IMG/VR virus record: IMGVR_UViG_3300035531_000138
Location: 1-40,766 of that record
DNA from: a virus
Lineage: Duplodnaviria > Caudoviricetes
Reading direction: 5' to 3' (one strand)
DNA length: 40,766 nt
Part shown: in pieces, positions 33,238 through 40,766 of the stretch
Layout: every line of letters starts with the position of its first letter
Numbering within the stretch: position 1 is the stretch's first letter
Notes under the pieces: generated by a model
What the model was told of the DNA's origin: nothing
What the model saw: the letters and a program-made list of their open reading frames with translations, nothing else
The model's database searches: none
Program-made: the position numbers and the translations under genes

Positions 33238-34528
33238 TATTACCTCCATCCGTATTCCCCGCTTCAGCTCGCCAGGCAGATAGCGGTTGAGTATTTATAG
33301 GCGTTAATGGATCATCCAACCCATCTATTGGTTTTTCGCCTTCTTCACCACGTATTTCGTTACGTGTCTTAATACCATTTATGACAAACTTAATTTGTTT
33401 TTCTAATAATAAAGCTCTATCCTCTTTATCAGGATTTTCAAAAGCGCAAAATAGTTTAGTATCGAATTCACGTGCTATATTACTTAATTTAGCTGCTATG
33501 ATTTTCATTCTTGGTAATAAAGAATCTCTGGAATAAGCTCTATAAGCAGCTTCAGCATTTGCTTTATTGACATTATCAGCTGTTAACATAGCAATAGGAA
33601 CATCATATGCAGCAGCTATCATATCACGAACTATTTTCCTACCTTCATGATAGCTCATTTCTTTAGGTGAATTAGAAACATTTGTATACTTCAAACCCTT
33701 TGTTAAAAGTGGTGCTTTACCTGCATTCTTAATGCCATAAAAATTCTCTTTTATCTCTTTTTTAATTCTTTCAAATTCATTTTCATTAATATTTTCTTCT
33801 GTTGTAAATATTCCAGATAGCTCACCCATATTCTTAAAAATAGCATTTTCATATTTATTCATATTAAGATGTATCTCAAATATCTGTTCTAAATGTGATA
33901 TTGGCGCTTTACCTTTATTTGGATTAGAATAACTTGGATATTTAAAATGACAAATATTTTTAGGTTTAATCCGATATTGATAAATACCATCGTTATATAA
34001 ATATTCTATATTTTCACTGTTCTTACGTTGTCCAATTGTCATATATTGTGGTGGTAATACATGAATTTTCTTTGGTAATCCTAATCTGTCTCTAACTAAA
34101 TACCAATAAGCATTGCCATCTAAATCTAAACCCATTGTAGTAAGATAAATAACTTCTTCATAAGTTAAATAATCATTAGGTTTTTTAAGTAAATCTAAGA
34201 AACGATGTTCAGTAATTTCATCAACAAAATAAGATTTGGTATAATGATTACCATATGTTGTTTCTAAATTATATTTTTGCAATGCAGTTATATTACGTTG
34301 TTGAACACTATAAGGATTATCTTGATTGGGTCTGGCTACATATAGTTGTACTGGATATTTCATAACCCCAAGACTGTTTTTATTGGCACAAATATAAACC
34401 CAATCTTTATTGCGCTCAATAAGATTGCCCATTCTGTTGAATGTAAAATCACCAGAAGGTACATATTTACCAGCAAACCCAATCTTTTTTTCAGATGGTT
34501 TCGGCTTTAAAAAATCAAATAAACCCAT
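33230..34528 (-). CDS. Portal protein, HK97 family
   Basis: LDGNAYW, ICHFK, KNAGK, TRNEIR motifs. Confidence 0.95.
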   Translation of the reverse strand: MGLFDFLKPKPSEKKIGFAGKYVPSGDFTFNRMGNLIERNKDWVYICANKNSLGVMKYPVQLYVARPNQDNPYSVQQRNITALQKYNLETTYGNHYTKSYFVDEITEHRFLDLLKKPNDYLTYEEVIYLTTMGLDLDGNAYWYLVRDRLGLPKKIHVLPPQYMTIGQRKNSENIEYLYNDGIYQYRIKPKNICHFKYPSYSNPNKGKAPISHLEQIFEIHLNMNKYENAIFKNMGELSGIFTTEENINENEFERIKKEIKENFYGIKNAGKAPLLTKGLKYTNVSNSPKEMSYHEGRKIVRDMIAAAYDVPIAMLTADNVNKANAEAAYRAYSRDSLLPRMKIIAAKLSNIAREFDTKLFCAFENPDKEDRALLLEKQIKFVINGIKTRNEIRGEEGEKPIDGLDDPLTPINTQPLSAWRAEAGNTDGGNNE

Positions 34529-34539
34529 TTATTACCTCT

Positions 34540-34590
34540 GTAAAATATTTTACGTGTCAAAAATAGAAGTAATTAATTAATTGTGTCAAG
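34540..34590 (-). promoter_or_regulatory. Promoter/operator region upstream of portal
   Basis: Two TTGACA boxes on - strand and palindrome GTAAAATATTTTAC (34540-34553), identical to 229-242. Confidence 0.5.
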
Positions 34591-34621
34591 TAAAACATTA
34601 TTATAAATAAAAAAAATAATA

Positions 34622-35902
34622 TTAGAGAGAATAGACTTGTATTTTACCAGCTTCTTGTAACATACTCGTATAAACAAAATACCTTAAAGCTGAAAATAAG
34701 TCATCAAATAACTTAACTGGTTCTTCTGATAGATCTCCAGCTTTACCTTCCTTCCATTTATAACGCTCTTGTTCATACATAAAATTTTGGTCATTTTTAA
34801 GAAAATAAAGATTATAGGATTTAAGTAGATTTATGCCTTCTATTACTGAATGTTGTCCTTTTTTACAGGGGATAATATTATAACCAGCTTCTTTAATTTG
34901 TTGTATAGCGTCAGGTCGTTCATTATCTGCTATAATTTTATCTTGTTTGCTTATATTGGAAGCATTTAAAAATTTAATAGTATCTTCAACTGTTTTTTCG
35001 GTTTCATAATATAAAGATTTGGCAAATATATTCTGTCCTTTAATACCAACCCAACATAAAGCAGTAGGATGATTATGCCCAAAATCAAGTCCATATCCTT
35101 CTATTTTAAAATCTTTATCAGGGAATTTATCAATATAATTAACATCTGGGAATATAAGTCCTGAAATATCAGCATATAACCCTAAAGCATAAATTTTATG
35201 ATATGCTTGATCTTGATGTATCATATTTTCTAAAGAGGCTATATATTCTGGCTCAAGATATTTATTATCTTTATAAGTGGTATGGATTACTGATTTATAA
35301 GTTGGATAATCTAATATTTCGCCCTTATATTTGATTTTATTAATTACTTTCTTACGATAGCTTAAATGCTGGTCATCTATATAATCATATTTATAAGTCC
35401 ATGAAGTTTTAATGGGATTATAGCTGGTCATAAATTGTGGATAACTTTTAAAACGTGGTCTAAGGCGTAATTTAAGCTGTAAAATATGACTGTATTGTAA
35501 TTGATTAGCTTCTTCTACCCAAATAGAAGTAACCTTTTCAATAGATTTAATTTTACTTTCATCATCTATTCCAGCAAACATTATCTCATTGCCATTCGGT
35601 TTAAAGGTAAGTATCATTTCTTTTTTATGTATTTTAAAATATTTATATAAATCCCATTCATAAATATAATCAAGTATTAATCGCCAAGCTGATCTAAGCA
35701 AAGATGGCGCAAATCGTCTAACTACAAGTATTCTATGCCCAACTGGTTCTGTTATTGTCCTTATAATGGTTTTTTGAGCACAGTAATGAGATTTACCACT
35801 ACCAGCTGAACCCCAAAGTACTAATTCCCTATCAGTATTATATAATAAAGGATAATACTTTTTATTCATTATTTGTGGTAATAAGGACAAATCAATTTTC
35901 AT
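34622..35902 (-). CDS. Terminase large subunit (PBSX/Terminase_3-like)
   Basis: Walker A WGSAGSGKS, Walker B WVEEA, nuclease GLDFG...DDLFSALRY. Confidence 0.93.
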   Translation of the reverse strand: MKIDLSLLPQIMNKKYYPLLYNTDRELVLWGSAGSGKSHYCAQKTIIRTITEPVGHRILVVRRFAPSLLRSAWRLILDYIYEWDLYKYFKIHKKEMILTFKPNGNEIMFAGIDDESKIKSIEKVTSIWVEEANQLQYSHILQLKLRLRPRFKSYPQFMTSYNPIKTSWTYKYDYIDDQHLSYRKKVINKIKYKGEILDYPTYKSVIHTTYKDNKYLEPEYIASLENMIHQDQAYHKIYALGLYADISGLIFPDVNYIDKFPDKDFKIEGYGLDFGHNHPTALCWVGIKGQNIFAKSLYYETEKTVEDTIKFLNASNISKQDKIIADNERPDAIQQIKEAGYNIIPCKKGQHSVIEGINLLKSYNLYFLKNDQNFMYEQERYKWKEGKAGDLSEEPVKLFDDLFSALRYFVYTSMLQEAGKIQVYSL

Positions 35903-36028
35903 TTATTTTTTTTCCGCCAATATTCTTTTAATAAGATATTGTCTGCAATAATTCTCCAGTAATATACCATCTTCAAGACAAATGGCAGCTATCCCATCAT
36001 CTGAAAATTCAATTCGATTTATTTTCAT
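35903..36028 (-). CDS. Small hypothetical protein (41 aa)
   Basis: GGAGG upstream; stop abuts terminase ATG. Confidence 0.5.
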   Translation of the reverse strand: MKINRIEFSDDGIAAICLEDGILLENYCRQYLIKRILAEKK

Positions 36029-36539
36029 CTTTTATTACCTCCGCATTTTCTGGTTTATTATTAATATCAATAGCTTCTATGCCATCATAAAGAGATGGAT
36101 AAATATCCTCTTCTTTAGGCATTTTAGAAGCACCTAAGATTATAACTTCATCTTTCTGCTTGCTTTTTTCCATTAATTTATCACGCAAATCAATATATTT
36201 ATGAAGTTCTGAATAAGATGGGGTTACATCCTTTTCTTTCATTTTCTTATACATTTTATCAATAACATCATTAACAAAATTAAGGACGCTTACCCCGCCC
36301 TTTTTAAACTTAGTAACTTCTTTTTGGGTGTTTATAAGTTCTTGACGGGACCAGTATTCTCTACGCCGCTCTGGCCAGTTATATTGTTTGCCAGCATTGG
36401 CAATAGAATTATAACCTATACCAGCGTCTTTATAAATTTCATATAACTTAGTATAACTAAGTTTATGTTCAGATTTAATATATTTATTTTCTATTTCTTG
36501 TATTAATTCACGTTTTTGCTTAGATGATAATCTTGCCAT
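36009..36539 (-). CDS. Probable terminase small subunit
   Basis: HTH-like N-terminus ending in W..RR; upstream of large subunit. Confidence 0.7.
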   Translation of the reverse strand: MARLSSKQKRELIQEIENKYIKSEHKLSYTKLYEIYKDAGIGYNSIANAGKQYNWPERRREYWSRQELINTQKEVTKFKKGGVSVLNFVNDVIDKMYKKMKEKDVTPSYSELHKYIDLRDKLMEKSKQKDEVIILGASKMPKEEDIYPSLYDGIEAIDINNKPENAEVIKDENKSN

Positions 36540-36547
36540 AGTTCACC

Positions 36548-36730
36548 TTATTTTGGCTTACTTATATAAAAAGTAAAATGTATCCATTGTTTAAAGATAC
36601 AAAAATCTAATTCTAATTTATCTTTACGATATTTTTTACAATACCGCCATATTTTAAGTTGTGGTGTCTTAGGCAACTCCCCTGGGCATGTTACAAAATT
36701 TCCCCACTTAAATATCTTATAAAATGTCAT
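36548..36730 (-). CDS. Small hypothetical protein
   Basis: ORF in operon. Confidence 0.55.
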   Translation of the reverse strand: MTFYKIFKWGNFVTCPGELPKTPQLKIWRYCKKYRKDKLELDFCIFKQWIHFTFYISKPK

Positions 36731-36732
36731 AT

Positions 36733-37182
36733 TTATTCCATAAAGAAATTGTCTATCTCTGCAGCTATTGATTTGCCATTAATAGCATAATTAGGATTTA
36801 CGAAATAGGCTTCTTCATATTCGTTGTATTTAATTATGTTCTTGATAGCAGCATCTTCTAAAAACTTATTTAGGGTTGGGCGTGAAATGTCAAGATATTC
36901 ACATAACATTTTCTTATTCATAGGTATTGGCACTCCACGCTTACTATACATTACAATTCGGTTGGTATATCGTTCTAATTTAGTTATAACCAATAGGAAA
37001 TAACCCATATATTTAGTAGAAATAAAAAAATTATGTAGATATTTATTGAGTTTAATAAAACGATATGTTTTTTTGATAGTATTATAACTATTATAATACC
37101 TTGTAGCAGTGATTTCACCAGTTTCCTTATCTGAATAATCAACCCTAATAGTTTTCTTTTTTAAACATTTTGCTTTTGACAT
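36733..37182 (-). CDS. RepL-like winged-helix DNA-binding protein
   Basis: LCEYLDISRPTLNKFL HTH and YFVNPNY motif. Confidence 0.7.
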   Translation of the reverse strand: MSKAKCLKKKTIRVDYSDKETGEITATRYYNSYNTIKKTYRFIKLNKYLHNFFISTKYMGYFLLVITKLERYTNRIVMYSKRGVPIPMNKKMLCEYLDISRPTLNKFLEDAAIKNIIKYNEYEEAYFVNPNYAINGKSIAAEIDNFFME

Positions 37183-37289
37183 TCAGATTCAATTTGTAGC
37201 AATAATGCCTCTACATCAGTATATTCTTCATCTGTTAGGGCGCTTCCAGCTAAAATGTCCAGTATTTCATCAATTTTGTCTTTATACAT
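37161..37289 (-). CDS. Small acidic protein (42 aa)
   Basis: AGGAGG SD; MYKDKIDEILDILAG... Confidence 0.6.
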   Translation of the reverse strand: MYKDKIDEILDILAGSALTDEEYTDVEALLLQIESECQKQNV

Positions 37290-37350
37290 ATTACCTCCTA
37301 ATAATTTATGTAAAAATTATAAAATATCACAAAATTGTCAATTATTTTTT

Positions 37351-37560
37351 TTATGGGTATTGACAAAGTTCTTTAATTTCTTTATATCTACGTTTACTTC
37401 TATTTCTGGAGCAAACAACACAACCATTAGAGGAATCATAACGTAAGCTCTTGCCTGTTCCTTTATATTCATGCCCATATTTACATAATTTCCCCAGATA
37501 CATTCCCGGATGGGCATTGTTACAACTAATCTTTTCCCATTTATTTTTATCTTTATGCAT
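37351..37560 (-). CDS. Small zinc-binding protein
   Basis: YLGKLCKYGH...RY...CVVC; AGGAGG SD. Confidence 0.75.
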   Translation of the reverse strand: MHKDKNKWEKISCNNAHPGMYLGKLCKYGHEYKGTGKSLRYDSSNGCVVCSRNRSKRRYKEIKELCQYP

Positions 37561-37569
37561 AATAACCTC

Positions 37570-38331
37570 CTATAAATTTAATTTAAGCTGTTCTTGTTCA
37601 TTTTCTATTCTCTCTTTCGCTATTTTGCAATATTTTTCTAACATCTCTATTCCTATCCATTTACGGTTAGTTTTTTCGCAAGCCACCGCCGTTGTTCCTG
37701 AGCCAATTGTAAAATCTAAAACTATTTCATTTTCGTTGGTGTAGGTTTTTATTAAGTATTCCATAAGTGCTACTGGTTTTTGGGTTGGGTGCATCCCTTT
37801 AAAGTTAGCGTTTTTAAAATCTATTACAGATATTGGGTTTCTTCTACCGTCTTTGCTCTCATAACCCTTAAAATCTATTTTATACCTATCAGTTTTTATT
37901 TTGTAATTTTTTCTATAGTCTTTGTATGGCTCTCTATAAAAATATTGTGGGTTAAAACTAGGCTGTTTTTTATAAAATAATATTACATTTTCGTGTGCTT
38001 TCATAGGTCTTTTACCTGCAGCAAAAGGTTCTTTACCAAAAGTTTTATTCCAAACCCAATCATACCTATAATTCTTAATATTACTCATTCTCAAAGCAGA
38101 GCTAAAAGGTTCTGAGCCAAATAATACTATAGCACCATTCTTTTTAATGATTCTATTTAAATGTTTCCACATTTCATCAAAAGGAATTACAGAATCCCAA
38201 TTACAGGCGGTTGTTCCATAAGGTGGGTCGGTTAGAATTAAATCTACACTTCCATCTGGTATTATTGGCATAATTTCCAAACAATCCCCGCAAAATAGCT
38301 TTCCGTTTTCAGTTTCGTAATAAGGTTTCAT
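37570..38331 (-). CDS. DNA N6-adenine/N4-cytosine methyltransferase (beta class)
   Basis: DPPY, HPTQKP, DFTIGSGTT, IGIE motifs. Confidence 0.93.
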   Translation of the reverse strand: MKPYYETENGKLFCGDCLEIMPIIPDGSVDLILTDPPYGTTACNWDSVIPFDEMWKHLNRIIKKNGAIVLFGSEPFSSALRMSNIKNYRYDWVWNKTFGKEPFAAGKRPMKAHENVILFYKKQPSFNPQYFYREPYKDYRKNYKIKTDRYKIDFKGYESKDGRRNPISVIDFKNANFKGMHPTQKPVALMEYLIKTYTNENEIVLDFTIGSGTTAVACEKTNRKWIGIEMLEKYCKIAKERIENEQEQLKLNL

Positions 38332-38340
38332 CGTTATCCC

Positions 38341-39417
38341 CTATTGATTAAAATAAAACGGTTTCTTATAATAATGGTTGGTATCTTTAAAGTTGTAAAA
38401 CACAAACCCATAATCTCTGGGTGTATAATTAGCTTGAACCCAATAAGACGGTGGTGAAAATGCTGGATAGTTAAAGTAATCAAACTTAGATGATGAATTT
38501 TTATCATAAACCTCAACGTGTGTATCACCCTTTGATAACTCTATTCTCGTTCCTCTTTCAAGCAAATAGTTATTATCAATATAGTTTTCAATTTGTTCTT
38601 TACCTTTAACGGAAAGATTTGGTTTTAGGCCAGCCTTTAGATTGGTGCTGTCCTTACCGTGTGTTATAATAAATGTATTGTTCATATATTTATAATGGTT
38701 GAAAAATTTATTATAATTGTTCACGATAACACTATCATCAAACATTTGGTTACAAATAACCTTAAATGCGTTATTAAGAATAGCACCAAAAGCGCCAGAG
38801 TGATTATCTTCTGAAATATTGTTAAATATTACCTTGTTGTATATATTATAAAGAAAACTGGCTTGTTTAAGCTTAAATCTAAGTGCAACGTCAAACGCTT
38901 CTTCATTATTCATATTTTGAGGTAAATCGTGTTTCTTGCGAACGGTTTTACTGTCCCAACCATCTAAAAGATCACCTAGATCATCTACTATTATTACATC
39001 AGACATTTTTTCCTGCTTAACATAAGCAAGCATAGCGTCCAATTGCTTAAATATCTCATCTTCGTCCCACTTCCCACCATACTGAGACTTATTATGTGGG
39101 TTTACGTCCATTCCTATATGAGTATCTGTATAAACAAGTCTATCAAATATACCATAATTACTATTAGCAATTTTAGGTTTAGGTTGATACTGAACAACAG
39201 AGCTTACTATCTTGCTAAAATCTATCTTCTCTGGGTCAAATTCAGGTATATTGAAATTTGGATTATGGAAATGTAAAGATGAATCTTTTGATTTCAGCCA
39301 TCCGTGTTTTACTGTTTGTGGGTCTATATTGTGTTTATCACATTCATCCTTAATAGCCCGATATTTCTTTAATATTTCATACTCATCGTTTGTAACCCTT
39401 GGCCTACGTTTATTCAT
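38341..39417 (-). CDS. Calcineurin-like metallophosphoesterase
   Basis: DTHIG, DDLGD, DNH, THG, GDTH motifs. Confidence 0.8.
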   Translation of the reverse strand: MNKRRPRVTNDEYEILKKYRAIKDECDKHNIDPQTVKHGWLKSKDSSLHFHNPNFNIPEFDPEKIDFSKIVSSVVQYQPKPKIANSNYGIFDRLVYTDTHIGMDVNPHNKSQYGGKWDEDEIFKQLDAMLAYVKQEKMSDVIIVDDLGDLLDGWDSKTVRKKHDLPQNMNNEEAFDVALRFKLKQASFLYNIYNKVIFNNISEDNHSGAFGAILNNAFKVICNQMFDDSVIVNNYNKFFNHYKYMNNTFIITHGKDSTNLKAGLKPNLSVKGKEQIENYIDNNYLLERGTRIELSKGDTHVEVYDKNSSSKFDYFNYPAFSPPSYWVQANYTPRDYGFVFYNFKDTNHYYKKPFYFNQ

Positions 39418-39429
39418 ATTACAACCTTT

Positions 39430-39552
39430 CTATAAGTTTTTTTCTTTGGCCTGATAATACGGGCAATAAGCAACTTTAGTGTTTTTATTAAACTCCCTAA
39501 ACTTACAATCACCTCTCTTTACACACGTTTTACATAAATCTTTAGCTTTCAT
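39430..39552 (-). CDS. Small four-Cys protein (40 aa), paralog of 40005-40124
   Basis: MKAKDLCKTCVKRGDCKFREFNKNTKVAYCPYY... Confidence 0.65.
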   Translation of the reverse strand: MKAKDLCKTCVKRGDCKFREFNKNTKVAYCPYYQAKEKNL

Positions 39553-39793
39553 CTTCCTGCCTTTCCATAATTGCCTGCTTTAAATACACAGCCAAGTCTA
39601 AGGCTTCTTGATAAGCGTCTATTAACGGGTCTCTGCCATTAAAAGTTTGTAATGGTGTGCCATATTTAGCAATTCCCATATCTCGGCGGGCTTCCATATC
39701 TGCTATTACCTCTTTCCACAAGTCGCCAGTAGCTGGCTTAGGTGGCGGCTCATACTCAGTTGCGTAAACTGATGGTTTATTATAATACTTCAT
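39542..39793 (-). CDS. Conserved small phage protein, possibly MazG-like all-alpha nucleotide pyrophosphatase fold
   Basis: GIAKYGTPL...AYQEALDLAVYL motif. Confidence 0.65.
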   Translation of the reverse strand: MKYYNKPSVYATEYEPPPKPATGDLWKEVIADMEARRDMGIAKYGTPLQTFNGRDPLIDAYQEALDLAVYLKQAIMERQEDES

Positions 39794-39794
39794 A

Positions 39795-40005
39795 TTATTC
39801 CTTTCTGTCCCTTAAAAACTCTAAACAAGCATCTATTTTGTTGTCATTATGGAACGGGTCAATATCTGTTGCTCGTATTTCATTAGCGATTTCAGGGTGA
39901 ATACGATAAATAGCATTAAACAACGCTTGCCCTTTCCGCCAGTTCTTGTGATTTATTAACATACAATCTTTAAGCTCTAATATTTCTTTTACTGCTAATT
40001 TCCAT
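39795..40005 (-). pseudogene. Hypothetical gene whose coupled ATG is out of frame with the body
   Basis: Span is 211 nt (3n+1); body encodes WRKGQALFNAIYRIHPEIANEIRATDIDPF. Confidence 0.5.
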
Positions 40006-40124
40006 TATTTATTACCTTTCTTTTTATAATCTGGACAGTAAACTACTTTTGCATTCTTATTTAATCTGCTAAACTTACATTTATTGTTTTTAACACAGGA
40101 TTTGCATAAATCTTTTGTTTTAAT
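40005..40124 (-). CDS. Small four-Cys protein with ATT start
   Basis: AGGAG, 6 nt, ATT; KTKDLCKSCVKNNKCKF aligns to ATG-initiated paralog 39430-39552. Confidence 0.6.
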   Translation of the reverse strand: MKTKDLCKSCVKNNKCKFSRLNKNAKVVYCPDYKKKGNK

Positions 40125-40133
40125 TATTATCTC

Positions 40134-40451
40134 CTATTTCCTATTTTTCGGTTTAGCATAATTAATATTTAATCTCCAATCTTTTAAATATTTGCGTGCC
40201 TGTTTAATTATATAATGTGTTTTCATACCCTCCAGTGATAGCTTACTAATAAAAACACAAAGTATATAAACACCATTTTTTGTTAATTCTGGTATATAAA
40301 CTTTTTTTAGAATATCTGACAATTTTTCAAAAGTTAATTTACCTCTTACAACAGCATAACGCAATACTTTATACATTTCATCTTTTTCAACGCAATAAAG
40401 AATTGCCATATCTTTAGCAATATCTCTTTCATATTTTTCTAACTCGTTCAT
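40134..40451 (-). CDS. Hypothetical protein
   Basis: AGGAG SD; 105 aa. Confidence 0.75.
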   Translation of the reverse strand: MNELEKYERDIAKDMAILYCVEKDEMYKVLRYAVVRGKLTFEKLSDILKKVYIPELTKNGVYILCVFISKLSLEGMKTHYIIKQARKYLKDWRLNINYAKPKNRK

Positions 40452-40531
40452 AATTACTCCTTTTTATTTTTTATAATCCCTCATAGAAGTTAATTAGTTC
40501 GTCGATTGTATCAAAACATTGTTCTTCTCCT

Positions 40532-40765
40532 TTAATAGAAAAGCCTATCTTGTCCATTTTTAATCCATCGAGGACAATTAGGATTTATTGTCTCCGAATA
40601 ATCAACTAATTCATAATCAAGATATTGAGTCGTGCCACCTTGGTCTTCATATGCTTTTTTGCTTTCAAAGATTTCAGTATGTATTTCTTCATAATCAGAA
40701 GGTACAGACTCTTGCAATCCTCTTAGTTCTTGCTCATTAGTTGTAACCCCGTGTATTGTCTGAGT
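40532..40765 (-). CDS. Hypothetical protein, 5'-truncated at right edge
   Basis: Frame stays open upstream of 40717 to the window end. Confidence 0.55.
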   Translation of the reverse strand, partial: TQTIHGVTTNEQELRGLQESVPSDYEEIHTEIFESKKAYEDQGGTTQYLDYELVDYSETINPNCPRWIKNGQDRLFY

Positions 40766-40766
40766 C

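Noticed and set aside
1-40766. Complete circular genome or alternative genetic code
   Set aside because: No terminal repeat seen and the right-edge ORF does not join across the ends; core genes are intact under the standard code with TAA, TAG and TGA all used as stops

Overview
Near-complete genome of an AT-rich tailed phage with a long non-contractile tail (siphovirus-like), probably from a Gram-negative host. ORFs run off both edges, so the window is not cleanly circular. The + strand (about 1.2-15 kb) carries cassette-like early genes and a replication/recombination module: initiator, DNA methyltransferase, DnaB-like helicase, Rad52/Sak-like recombinase, 3'-5' exonuclease, SSB and HNH. The - strand (about 40.7-15.7 kb) carries accessory genes, a second methyltransferase, terminase, HK97-type head genes, tail genes, a DUF285/BspA-like repeat protein, a predicted outer-membrane barrel and a lysozyme. 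No integrase, repressor, reverse transcriptase, SmpB or CRISPR array was recognised. The most unusual content is non-coding: (1) an 81-nt mini-tmRNA made only of an intact alanine-identity tRNA-like domain, with no mRNA-like domain; (2) a second tRNA-shaped RNA with a non-canonical anticodon arm; (3) two homologous pseudoknotted RNA motifs with compensatory changes; (4) two sigma54-type promoters with conserved upstream palindromic boxes driving early cassettes; (5) several dispersed repeat families and palindrome-dense intergenic regions. All protein calls come from motif recognition and gene order, not database searches.
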